Positions 8,912-17,506 of a stretch of DNA of 64,000 nucleotides are shown here, piece after piece (the first letter of the stretch is position 1; the number at the start of each line of letters is the position of its first letter). Below the pieces are notes generated by a model. The model was not told the origin of the DNA and did not search any database. It saw only the letters and a list, made by a program, of their open reading frames with translations. The stretch spans positions 33,947 through 97,946 of the forward strand of contig JBIKWM010000008.1 of NCBI GenBank assembly GCA_044356305.1, in the 5' to 3' direction. This DNA comes from Flavobacteriales bacterium. GTDB lineage: Bacteria; Bacteroidota; Bacteroidia; UBA10329. The translations under genes were made by a program, and so were the position numbers.

Positions 8912-9819
8912 CGAAATCGAAAGTATTCAAATCTTCCCCCAGCCCTGAACTCTTCAAGGTTCTCAGACATGTCCTGAAGGATGGAGCGGCTATAGCCGGG
9001 CATATAATTGTTTGCGAAAATCTCCTTGATGGAGCGGGCCACATTCTCTTTTGTCTCTTTACCCCAATAGTTGCCGCCTGAAAGATTGGTGACACGCTTC
9101 ACGGCCACAGAATCAGATTTGTATTGCGCCCTAACATTAGAAGGGACGGTTATGAAGGCGTAAGTGAACGAGGCACACATCTGGATGCTGAACGAGTTGC
9201 GCCCGATGGTGATGTTGCGTCCTCGGAAACCGCCCGCAGAGTAGATCATGTCCCATAGCATAGGAATCTGGGCATTGTCATTCCAATTGGTCTTGCATTG
9301 GATGATGCCGATGCTGAAATCTGAGAACTGATCTGCGACCGCGCGGTCGAGGGCTGCGTAATTGATCTGTCCATTGCTATTGAGGAAACCGCTCTCTGCG
9401 GCATCGGCAGTGAACAATGGCATATCGGGGAAAATGATGACGGTGATATCAGATTCCGTGTTGCACGAGAAATTGCCGTAATTCACGGTAATGGCGTCTT
9501 GAATTGGCTTGGGCACAAGGCTCATTTTCTTGATGGCGACCACCCTAGTACCAGCGGTGCAGAGGTTAACATACCAAGCTACGAGCGATTCCCATGCCGT
9601 TCCGCCAGCGGATACCTCGCCCTGTCCGCGCCCTGTTCCGCCCGTACTCGTGAAGATCTCCGAAAGGTGATTGCCCAGATTCAAAAGATCCTCTGCACGT
9701 GGATTGGCACCAATTCTCCGCTGTATCTGTTCACTCCAAACAGGCCAGCACGATTGAACCGTATCCGTAGAGAAAACCGACTCTACAGCTTTCTTTCTTA
9801 TAACCTCGACAATGTTCAT
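8908..9819 (-). CDS. putative Type II restriction endonuclease (cognate of the C5-MTase)
   Basis: 303 aa from ATG at 9819 (MNIVEVIRKK...); the track ORF extends to 9927 with a G-rich, unlikely N-terminus. Convergent with the MTase and overlaps it by 4 nt. Possible PD-(D/E)xK-like signature ...VIIFPD...(x)...DFSIGIIQCK. No recognisable family beyond context. Confidence 0.5.
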   Translation of the reverse strand: MNIVEVIRKKAVESVFSTDTVQSCWPVWSEQIQRRIGANPRAEDLLNLGNHLSEIFTSTGGTGRGQGEVSAGGTAWESLVAWYVNLCTAGTRVVAIKKMSLVPKPIQDAITVNYGNFSCNTESDITVIIFPDMPLFTADAAESGFLNSNGQINYAALDRAVADQFSDFSIGIIQCKTNWNDNAQIPMLWDMIYSAGGFRGRNITIGRNSFSIQMCASFTYAFITVPSNVRAQYKSDSVAVKRVTNLSGGNYWGKETKENVARSIKEIFANNYMPGYSRSILQDMSENLEEFRAGGRFEYFRFR

Positions 9820-9956
9820 GGGGCCAAAGGAACGGCATTTGATGGAATGAGGCTGTTTGAGTAACCCCACGCCCCCCCGTCCCACACGTCCCCCCTGTCC
9901 CACATCAACGCCTCCCTTCCCGCACACACTTTCATTGCGGGGAGGTTATGCCCCCA

Positions 9957-10313
9957 CTATTTCCTGTTCTTGATGATTTCCTCTATCAGCGCCCTCACCG
10001 CCTTCCACAGAGCAGTCGTCTCAGACGTGCTCAGGTGCTGCAGCAAAGCCGCCAGGTCCACTCCCTTCACAGGCTCCACCTTGGTCATCGGGTGGTTCTC
10101 GGCCGTCCCCGTATAAATGAACAGCTCGTTCATCGTACAGTCGAATAGCTCACAGAGCCGAACCAGATGCTTCCCCTTATAGTTGTCCACCTTCAGGTCA
10201 AGCAGCGTCCGCACCTCACTCCTCGTAAATCCGTTATTCCTCAAGTGCGAGCTCAGATCTTTCACTTGCTTGTTCTTGGCCAGTTCCTTCAGGTTCAGCT
10301 GCAGCTCTTTCAT
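9957..10313 (-). CDS. HTH (XRE-like) DNA-binding protein, candidate R-M controller (C) protein
   Basis: 118 aa. HTH segment LRNNGFTRSEVRTLLDLKVDNYKGKHLVRLCELFDCTMNELF. Lies directly upstream of and co-oriented with the REase candidate, the classical C-protein position. Confidence 0.6.
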   Translation of the reverse strand: MKELQLNLKELAKNKQVKDLSSHLRNNGFTRSEVRTLLDLKVDNYKGKHLVRLCELFDCTMNELFIYTGTAENHPMTKVEPVKGVDLAALLQHLSTSETTALWKAVRALIEEIIKNRK

Positions 10314-10436
10314 GGTATTGGGGTGTTATGGGCCAATGCGCATGGCCCTGTTCATGGTGTTTAGTGCGTTTCTCCATGTGAAATTCAGAAGCTTCACGCA
10401 CAGTTCAGGCGCCATAACGCAACTCCCCACAGTTTA

Positions 10437-10700
10437 TTGCCTCCGCCACCGCCACGTGTGGTGCCGCCCCCACCACATCAGGCACCCTCACCGCCATGTG
10501 TGGTGCCGCCACAGCCACTTATGGCGCCCCCACCGCCATGTGTGGTGCCGCCACAACCACATCAGGCAGCGCCACAGCCACGCATGGCAACGCCACCACC
10601 ACGTGAGGTGCCGCCACCACCACGTGCGGTGCCGCGGCCACCGCAACAGCGCCCGCCCCGACACATAATTCCATCGCCCCCCTCGCTTCCACCACAGCCA
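10437..10700. repeat. degenerate tandem repeat (~21-nt units in ~42-nt higher-order periodicity) rich in CACGTG/CATGTG cores
   Basis: Units ccaccgccacgtgtggtgccgcc / ccgccatgtgtggtgccgcc / accaccacgtgaggtgccgcc, at least 6 copies, in a divergent intergenic region. In one frame it encodes a proline-rich ORF (10437..10766) ending with an ATGA overlap onto the next gene. Confidence 0.7.
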
Positions 10701-10762
10701 CACGGTATTACCCTTCAATTTAGCTGCTGCTCACAAAAACCAACACCAAAAAAACTCCTCCC

Positions 10763-11665
10763 ATGACCGACCGCCAGTCCAACACCCTCGACATGTACGT
10801 GGTAGTACTCGAGCACTATGCCGCCAACCAGACCACCATCGATGCCGTTGTCGCCCGCGCCACTGCCTATGCAGCACTCTCCACACGCGTCACAGGCATC
10901 CGCGCCCTCATAGCCGACCAGTCCGGCAACATCAGTGGCGTCACCCAGAACAAGGCCGCCCTTCGTGCCTCCCTCGACAACCTCGCCATCGGCATACTCG
11001 CCCCCGCCCTCGTCTGGGCCCGCGCAACAGATAACCTCATCCTCGCAGCCGAATTCAACTACCCATTGTCCGAGATCCAGAAGATCAAGGACGACACCAT
11101 CGCATCCTTCTGCAACCACCGCTACGCCTTGGTCAATGCCAACATCGCCACCATGGCCGACTACGGCATCACTCCCGCCATGCTCACCGCATGGAACTCC
11201 GCAATCAGCAACTACGAGGCCGTCACAGGCTCCCCACGCAGCGCCCGCGTCTCCAGATCCGTGTTCACCATCGCCCTCCGCACCCACTTCAAAGAGGCCA
11301 ACGCACTCCTCAAAAACACCCTCGACCCCCTCATGAACTCTTTCCGCACCTCCGATGCCGACCTCTACAACGGCTACCGCAGGGCACGCATCATCATCGA
11401 CCGCAGAGGCCAGAACACCGGATCCATCTCCGGCAAGGTCTCCTCCGCAGCCGACTCATCTCCCATCATCGGGGCCGAGCTATCCATCACTCCGCGCCCG
11501 TCCACCGTGCTCTCAGGCTCCGATGCCACCTACCGCTTCTCCTACCTGCCGGCCGGCATCTATACCGTCAAGTGCACCGCCCCCGGCTTCCTCCCGGCCG
11601 ACAAGACCATCGTCCTCACCTCCTCGCAGACCGCCACAGCCGACTTCGTCCTCATCCCCGCCTGA
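10763..11665 (+). CDS. hypothetical protein with C-terminal carboxypeptidase-regulatory-like beta-sandwich domain
   Basis: 300 aa. C-terminal GKVSSAADSSPIIGAELSI...YRFSYLPAGIYTVKCTAPGF...ADFVL typical CarbopepD_reg-like fold. Confidence 0.7.
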   Translation: MTDRQSNTLDMYVVVLEHYAANQTTIDAVVARATAYAALSTRVTGIRALIADQSGNISGVTQNKAALRASLDNLAIGILAPALVWARATDNLILAAEFNYPLSEIQKIKDDTIASFCNHRYALVNANIATMADYGITPAMLTAWNSAISNYEAVTGSPRSARVSRSVFTIALRTHFKEANALLKNTLDPLMNSFRTSDADLYNGYRRARIIIDRRGQNTGSISGKVSSAADSSPIIGAELSITPRPSTVLSGSDATYRFSYLPAGIYTVKCTAPGFLPADKTIVLTSSQTATADFVLIPA

Positions 11666-11738
11666 TACTACCGGCATATCCCGCCCTCCAAGGCCCTCCA
11701 TCTGCGGGGGGCTTTTTTCATGCTGCCCGGCACGGGTC

Positions 11739-11850
11739 CCCCAAACAGAAAGCGACCCTCGCGGGCCGCTTTTCTTAGGATATGTGCACAGACCTTACTC
11801 CCCCTTCGCGAAGCGTGTCCCGTGCGTGGTCCAATCCGCAAGAGTGAGGT
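11739..11850. repeat. orphan copy A of a T9SS-CTD gene 3' end plus hairpin (gene-remnant repeat)
   Basis: About 75 nt near-identical to 12553-12628. The reverse strand encodes ...VARFAKGE* followed by the hairpin AGAAAGCG/CGCTTTCT. It also resembles the real 3' end of the CTD gene at 13566. Confidence 0.6.
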
Positions 11851-12043
11851 GTTGAGACGCTTGTCCGTCCTGTTAGAATTGGAAAATTGAATTCACTTCT
11901 CGGTTGATGGATCGGTCGGGCTTTTCACTTTCACCGCTCTCCTTTTGAAGTAGGCCAGTATCTCCTTGGGAGTCCGGCCTTCTGTTTCGGTGGTGATCCG
12001 TTCGCGTTCCTTACGCACCATGGCCACACAATCAATGTGCTTA

Positions 12044-12508
12044 TTACTCTCCGTCTTCATAGTCAAAGGCTTCTCTCGGGTTTCGAATCTCCAGGATCTG
12101 GTATCCCTTCAACAGATTTATGGCGTTATAGCCATGAATTCTCTCAATGTTCACGATGTGTTTGAAATTCCAGCTCACCAATAGGTCAGCCCTGTAGAGG
12201 GTGGCCAAGGCAATATGATAGCAATCGGCCCGGCTTGATCTGCCCACCACATTCGCATTGAGGTAGGCCTCTGCGAGGAGAATGGCTTCTTCTGTGAGTT
12301 CCACTCTGATGAGGTTCTTTTCAGCAATCTGACCTACGAACTGTCGTACAGCCTCTGGTGCATTGACCAGTTCATCTTCAGCCACATCGGAAAAAATCAG
12401 TCGGATGTCGGTCTTATCAACCTTCCTGAAAAAGCGATCGGTCCACTCTGCGAATTCCCTATCAAACCTGCCTCCAAAGACCGAAGTGTCAACATATATC
12501 AATCGCAT
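12044..12508 (-). CDS. PIN-domain (VapC-like) ribonuclease toxin
   Basis: Start at ATG 12508 (MRLIYVDTSVFGG...). The track ORF extends upstream through repeat copy B, which is spurious. PIN acidic residues D6...E...D are present. Confidence 0.7.
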   Translation of the reverse strand: MRLIYVDTSVFGGRFDREFAEWTDRFFRKVDKTDIRLIFSDVAEDELVNAPEAVRQFVGQIAEKNLIRVELTEEAILLAEAYLNANVVGRSSRADCYHIALATLYRADLLVSWNFKHIVNIERIHGYNAINLLKGYQILEIRNPREAFDYEDGE

Positions 12509-12552
12509 GAAACAAATGTAGTGTTTCCGCAAATAGTTGATTCCCGCTTCCG

Positions 12553-12664
12553 GCCCAAACAGAAAGCGACCCACGCGGGCCGCTTTTCTTAGGATATGTG
12601 CACAGACCTTACTCCCCCTTCGCGAAACGCGCCACCTGCGTGGTGCCATCGGGCAGGGTTCAGG
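12553..12664. repeat. orphan copy B of a T9SS-CTD gene 3' end plus hairpin
   Basis: Shares cccaaacagaaagcgacccacgcgggccgcttttcttaggatatgtgcacagaccttactcccccttcgcgaa with copy A, then continues like the 13566-13620 coding 3' end. Confidence 0.6.
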
Positions 12665-13162
12665 TCAGAGTTCGTACAACGGCCTCTCACCATGACTTTC
12701 TAGCAACGTATTGAGTAAGGGTAGGGAATAGTAGCGCCCGCTGGTGATGAAGGCAGAGAAAAGTGGCCTGAGCTCAGTGATCAGACCTTTGTTTTTTGCT
12801 GCCACAAGAACGCCCAAGGTGCCAACGCATGAGATGCCGAGCGTTTCGGCTATGCGTCTGGCCTTTCTGTCATCAATCAACAGGAAGTCGGCCTCCATCT
12901 CCTTGCAGAGCATAACGGCCTCCGACTCGCCATCGTCCATCATGAAAGTGAGCTCATTGATGCCCTTCACCGCGCGCACCTTATCTTGGAAGAACGCATG
13001 AATGCGGTGATGGTGAGGGGTTGCGGGGTCAGATGTGACCTCGTGCCAAACGGCATCGGGGATCAGAATATGTGAGAATAGCGAAGGCAGAATATGTAGC
13101 CGGTCTATGATCGCCAATGAGAAAATGGGGCCAGAGTCTGCAACAACCTTCTGCCCACGCAT
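12665..13162 (-). CDS. DUF3368-type PIN-like toxin
   Basis: 165 aa. Partner of the upstream UPF0175 ORF, with a 1-nt spacing. Confidence 0.7.
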   Translation of the reverse strand: MRGQKVVADSGPIFSLAIIDRLHILPSLFSHILIPDAVWHEVTSDPATPHHHRIHAFFQDKVRAVKGINELTFMMDDGESEAVMLCKEMEADFLLIDDRKARRIAETLGISCVGTLGVLVAAKNKGLITELRPLFSAFITSGRYYSLPLLNTLLESHGERPLYEL

Positions 13163-13163
13163 G

Positions 13164-13433
13164 CTACTTCAGCTTTTTGACATCGGCCATCACCTCATCA
13201 ACAGAAAGGTGAGAGATAGCGACCGCGTTGTTCGATAGGAGCTTCTCGAACTGTAGGCGGGGCAGTCCTGCAAGCTGAGCGGCCTTGCCTATGGTGAGTT
13301 TCTGTAGGCCATAAAGCTGAACAGCCAAAGTGACCTTGACCCGCTGTGTGATTTCCTTCTCCGTCTCGTTGAGTGCCAGAAGGATATCGGTCGGAAGGTC
13401 GATGGAGATGGTGTGAACGGAATTAGAGGCCAT
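13164..13433 (-). CDS. UPF0175-family antitoxin
   Basis: 89 aa, ...LPTDILLALNETEKEITQRVKVTLAVQLYGLQKLTIGKAAQLAGL... Matches the known UPF0175/DUF3368 pairing. Confidence 0.7.
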   Translation of the reverse strand: MASNSVHTISIDLPTDILLALNETEKEITQRVKVTLAVQLYGLQKLTIGKAAQLAGLPRLQFEKLLSNNAVAISHLSVDEVMADVKKLK

Positions 13434-13518
13434 AGGTCAACTCTTTGAACCCAAAGGTAATGCAATCAGAACACCGGTGGCGGGTCCGACCCCATTGAGC
13501 CACGGGGTATAACAACAA

Positions 13519-13543
13519 GGGCGGTCCCGAGACAGGACCGCCC
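13519..13543 (-). terminator. rho-independent terminator of the SprB-repeat gene
   Basis: Perfect 9-bp stem GGGCGGTCC/GGACCGCCC with a 7-nt loop, followed on the minus strand by TTGTTGTT. Confidence 0.5.
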
Positions 13544-13565
13544 ACTGTTCATGTGCCGAAGTGAA

Positions 13566-15320
13566 TCATTCCCCCTTCGCGAAGCGCGCCACCTGCGTGG
13601 TGCCATCGGGCAGAGTGAGGCGCAGGGCGTAGGTGCCCGGGCGCAGATGGGCTGTGCTCAGTTGCAGTTGGCCGCCAGTGGTGCTGATGGTGCGCTGCAT
13701 GGCCGTGCGGCCCATCATGTCGGTGATGGTGACCAGCGCAGGGCCATCGGGCAGCGAGGCCATGCGCAGGGTGAGGGCATCGGTGGCCGGGTTGGGGAAC
13801 AGCGCCAGGGTGGGGGAGGTGGTGGCCGCATTCACGCCCACCAGATCGCTGATGGTGTTCAGCGTGGTGTTGGTGATCACCGGCTCGTTGAAGTCGAAGT
13901 AGATGTAGGCGGTGTTCTCAATCTCGGTGCCCTGTGGCGTGCCGCTCAGGGGCGAGATGGCATAGATCACATAGCCGTGGCTGCCGGGCTCATCGCTGGT
14001 GCTGTCGGGCAGGTTGATGTTGTCGAAGAAGAAATCGACCTCGTTGGTCGGGCTGATGCTCACCTGCATCAGGTGGCTCTGGCTCAGGACACGGAAGCTG
14101 AGCGGGTCGAGGTCGGCATCGAGCTGATCCTTGACATGGATGAAGGTGGCCGCAATGGTGCCCGTGTTCTGGAACCGTACGGTGTACATCAGCTCGGTAC
14201 CGCTGGGCACAAAGCCCTCGGGACCCATGCCCACGGGCGCCACCTGCTTGTCGTTGGGGTCGAAGGAGCACAGCACCGCCACGGGGTGCGCATCGGTGCC
14301 GGCCGAGGAGGTGAGGTCGATATCGACCATATCGCCACAGTTGACCGTGAGCGGCACACAGGCCACCACGGTGGCCGTAAAGGTGTTGCCGGCCGGTAGG
14401 TACACGCTGTTCCATGTGGCCGTGTTGCCGCTGATCAGGTCGGGGGTGGGGCTTACGCCCTGCAGATTGATGTCGCTATCGAGCGTGATGGAGAACGGCC
14501 CGTTGTAGATGGAGCACGAGTTGTTGACCAACTGTGCGCTCAGGCTGGAGCAGAACCCGCGGTTGAGCCACGATACCACATAGGTCTCGGGCTGCGCACC
14601 GATGGTGGGCATGTAGATGCTGGCCGATCCGCTGCACGCACCGTCACTCACTGTAACCTGCGCCACCGCGGTGTTGCTCACGGTAATGGTCTGGGTGGTC
14701 TCGCCCGTGCTCCACAGGTACGAGAAAGGCCCTGCGCTATTGGCTACATCGGCAGTCAGGTCGGTAGGCCCTGCGCAAGGGTTGCTGTTGCTCGATGTGA
14801 TGGTCACCTGTGGGCCTTCGGTCACATTGTAGGTCTCGGTGGTGGCACATCCGTTGGCATCGACCAACGTGAGGATGTAAGCACCTTGGCACAGCCCCGT
14901 GACCACCGGTGAGGTGTTGCCGTTGGGTGTCCAACTGTATGCATACGGGGAGTTGCCACCGGTCACAATAACCGAAATGGACCCATCGCACGCCCCGCAC
15001 GTTGGCGGGGTTATGACCTCGGACGTCAGCACCGGGGTAGAACTGACAATGGTCGCGGCCTGCGTCTGACTGGCCCCTTGGCCGTCAGTCACTGTGAGGA
15101 CGTACACGCCCGGACATAGGTTGAAGAGGTTCTGTTCCGTGGATCCATTGCTCCACATGTAGGTATAGTTGCCATCGCCTCCGAACACCACTACCTGCAC
15201 CGAGCCGTTGCACATGCCCTCACAAGTGGCCATGTTGGGTAACAGCGAAATAGTGAGCTGCGCCTGTGCGGCCATGGCGCTGACGACAAGGGCCGAGACA
15301 AGGGTAATGGTACGGAGCAT
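13566..15320 (-). CDS. SprB-repeat (Ig-like, CxxC) cell-surface protein with T9SS type-A C-terminal domain
   Basis: Signal peptide. Repeated ...C(E/G)xxCxGS(I/V)xV...GGxxxY.Y.W modules. C-terminal LALFPNPATDALTL...GTYALRLTLPDGTTQVARFAKGE. Confidence 0.85.
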   Translation of the reverse strand: MLRTITLVSALVVSAMAAQAQLTISLLPNMATCEGMCNGSVQVVVFGGDGNYTYMWSNGSTEQNLFNLCPGVYVLTVTDGQGASQTQAATIVSSTPVLTSEVITPPTCGACDGSISVIVTGGNSPYAYSWTPNGNTSPVVTGLCQGAYILTLVDANGCATTETYNVTEGPQVTITSSNSNPCAGPTDLTADVANSAGPFSYLWSTGETTQTITVSNTAVAQVTVSDGACSGSASIYMPTIGAQPETYVVSWLNRGFCSSLSAQLVNNSCSIYNGPFSITLDSDINLQGVSPTPDLISGNTATWNSVYLPAGNTFTATVVACVPLTVNCGDMVDIDLTSSAGTDAHPVAVLCSFDPNDKQVAPVGMGPEGFVPSGTELMYTVRFQNTGTIAATFIHVKDQLDADLDPLSFRVLSQSHLMQVSISPTNEVDFFFDNINLPDSTSDEPGSHGYVIYAISPLSGTPQGTEIENTAYIYFDFNEPVITNTTLNTISDLVGVNAATTSPTLALFPNPATDALTLRMASLPDGPALVTITDMMGRTAMQRTISTTGGQLQLSTAHLRPGTYALRLTLPDGTTQVARFAKGE

Positions 15321-15458
15321 GTTCGAGGGTTTTTTAGTGATACATGGATGTACGCATGATGAGACGAGTGCAATGCTTGAGGGTTGCGGCCATTAGTTGG
15401 CAAAATGGAGCAAGGAGGCCTGTGGATAAAGGATGATACTGGCGCAGCGATACGGCTG

Positions 15459-16247
15459 TCAGGGCAGGGCAGGGGCCGCCAAGCTGAGCCCGAACAGCGC
15501 GAAGTCATACTTCACCGGGTCAATGGGGTCGTAGATGCGTAGGGCGGCATCGAGCTCCTGCACGGCCTTCTGGTCGTCAGCGGTGCGATGCAGCAGGCCC
15601 AGTTGGCGGGCGGTGCGGCCGCTGTGCACATCGAGCGGGCAGCTCAGGTGCGAGGTGGGGATGCGGTTCCAGATGCCGAGGTCCACCCCACGCCCATCGT
15701 TGCGCACCATCCAGCGCAGAAACATGTTGATACGCTTTGCGGCCGAACCTGCCATGGGGTCAGCCACATGCTTCACTGAGCGTCTGTCGTGCGGCTCGCG
15801 CAGCATCAGCGCCCTGAAACGGCTGATGGCCTGCGCGGTGTCCGTCTGGCCCTCCATCCCATCGATAAAGACATCCTCCAAAGAATCTTTCTCCGCATAG
15901 ATGCGCCTCAGGGCCAGCACAAACCACTTGGCATCCTGTGCCATGAAGGTGCGGTGAACAAAACCGCTGAGGCTCTCAAGGTCGCGGGCCGATGCATTTA
16001 GCACATAGCTGTGCGGGGCCATGTCCATGCGCTGCATCAGGCTGTGCGCATTGCGCAGTATGGTGGGCCGTTGCCCCCAGGCCAATGTGGCAGCGAGCAG
16101 GCCCGCCACCTCCACATCGGGCCGATGGGTGAACAGGTGCGGGATGCTTATCGGGTCGTCCTCTATGAAAGAGGCGCGGCAGAAACGGTCGTAGCCTTCC
16201 TCAAGAATCTCGCGGGTGGCAGGGTCGGGGTGCCGCGTCCTGCTCAC
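15459..16247 (-). CDS. TIGR02757/DUF2400-family conserved hypothetical protein
   Basis: 262 aa. Family call is from memory of the conserved Bacteroidota protein, at moderate confidence. Confidence 0.6.
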   Translation of the reverse strand: MSRTRHPDPATREILEEGYDRFCRASFIEDDPISIPHLFTHRPDVEVAGLLAATLAWGQRPTILRNAHSLMQRMDMAPHSYVLNASARDLESLSGFVHRTFMAQDAKWFVLALRRIYAEKDSLEDVFIDGMEGQTDTAQAISRFRALMLREPHDRRSVKHVADPMAGSAAKRINMFLRWMVRNDGRGVDLGIWNRIPTSHLSCPLDVHSGRTARQLGLLHRTADDQKAVQELDAALRIYDPIDPVKYDFALFGLSLAAPALP

Positions 16248-17503
16248 TGCGCCTTGGCCCTGTAGTATTTTTCCTTTGATGTGAGGCCGAGGTTCTTGGC
16301 TATCTGTGCCAGGGCCGCCATCAGGCGCTTGTCGGTAGGGTTCAGGGCCTCGGCCTCCTGTAGCACGCTATATGCGGTGCGCATGTACCCGCTTATGGCA
16401 TTGCGGTCGGGTTCGGGTGCATCGCTGAGCCGGGCGGCCATGTTGCTGCACATCACACCATAATTGAACACCACATCGTATTCGCGTCTGTACCTGCGGT
16501 ACATGCCGGCATACTGCTCAAGGGCCGCGGCATGGTCGGTGCGGTCGAGCACCTTGGCGTATGCCATTATCAGGGGCAGGTTGGTGCTGTCTGTCGCGGC
16601 AGCCAAACGCATCTTCTCCTGCTCGTTGGGAGTCAGCTCAGGCTTAAGCATGTACAGGTCCATCAGTAGCATGTTCAGGTCGGTCTCGGTCTTGCTCAGC
16701 TTATCGAGCACCAGTTTGCGCCTCAGTTCGGTCATGCCCTTGTTGGCCTTCACCTTTTCCTTATCGGCCGCCATCATGGCCAGGCCGGCACCCAAGGTGG
16801 CCTCGGCCGCGGCAAGGTCTTTTTTGGTGTACATCAGAACCGTTGTGGCGCGGTACACCATGTTGCCGGCATAGGCATCGGGCTCTATCTGCGGTATGCG
16901 TGTGTAGCAGTCAATGCCTTTCTGAAGCACATCGAGCGCACGAAGGCTGTCGCCCTTGAGCATCAGCGCCTGCCCCAGATAGTCGTAGGCGAGGTAGAAG
17001 TTGCTGTCGAGCATGATCATGTAGCGGGTGGCGCGCTCGGCCCCGTTCACCAGCGCAATGGCCAGGGTGGGGTCGCCCGTGCCTTCCAGTTCCTTTATGT
17101 TGTCGAGGGTGCTGAGGGTGAGCTCGTGCTTGAGCTTGCGTACCTGCTCCTTTACCGGAGCGGTGAGCCCCGTGTTGGCTGCCAGCAGTTTGCGGGCCTC
17201 AAGGATATGGTCGCTGGCCTCGTAGATGTAGCCGCCATACGAGGGGGCCAGGTCGTTCTTCATCTCGGTGCGCTTGCGGTTCAGTTCGCGCATCAGGGCA
17301 TCGGTCAGGTTGTAGTGCGCTTTGGCCCTGAGGTCCTCGGGCAGTCTGTCGCGCTCTTTCAGCACACTGCGCAGCCGCTCTATGGCCGGGGCGTACTTGC
17401 CCGCCTCTATCATGGCCACGCACGAGTCGATGGCCGTGCTCTGCGCCATGGCCGCAGTGCCCACCGTCATCAACCCAAGGAATGCTATCAGTATCTTCTT
17501 CAT
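16244..17503 (-). CDS. secreted TPR-repeat protein
   Basis: Signal peptide MKKILIAFLGLMTVGTAAMAQ. TPR-like helical repeats. 4-nt overlap with the downstream gene. Confidence 0.7.
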   Translation of the reverse strand: MKKILIAFLGLMTVGTAAMAQSTAIDSCVAMIEAGKYAPAIERLRSVLKERDRLPEDLRAKAHYNLTDALMRELNRKRTEMKNDLAPSYGGYIYEASDHILEARKLLAANTGLTAPVKEQVRKLKHELTLSTLDNIKELEGTGDPTLAIALVNGAERATRYMIMLDSNFYLAYDYLGQALMLKGDSLRALDVLQKGIDCYTRIPQIEPDAYAGNMVYRATTVLMYTKKDLAAAEATLGAGLAMMAADKEKVKANKGMTELRRKLVLDKLSKTETDLNMLLMDLYMLKPELTPNEQEKMRLAAATDSTNLPLIMAYAKVLDRTDHAAALEQYAGMYRRYRREYDVVFNYGVMCSNMAARLSDAPEPDRNAISGYMRTAYSVLQEAEALNPTDKRLMAALAQIAKNLGLTSKEKYYRAKAQ

Positions 17504-17506
17504 CGT

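Noticed and set aside
9820-9927. N-terminal extension of the REase ORF (MCGKGGVDVGQGGRVGRGG…)
   Set aside because: Gly/Arg-rich low-complexity read-through of a GC-rich spacer. The start was moved to ATG 9819.
10183-10718. 161-aa + ORF and 76-aa W-rich minus ORF across the tandem repeat
   Set aside because: Their periodic W/H/R composition is generated purely by the CACGTG repeat. They are treated as a repeat; only the proline-rich frame is noted as a curiosity.
12509-12649. N-terminal extension of the PIN ORF (MAPRRWRVSRRG…)
   Set aside because: It is encoded by repeat copy B, with Arg-rich junk composition. The conserved PIN N-terminus begins at the internal Met (MRLIYVDTSVFGG).
13551-14415. 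+ ORF (282 aa) and nested ORFs opposite the SprB-repeat gene
   Set aside because: G/H/R-rich antisense frames. The minus-strand frame carries signal peptide, CxxC repeats and CTD.
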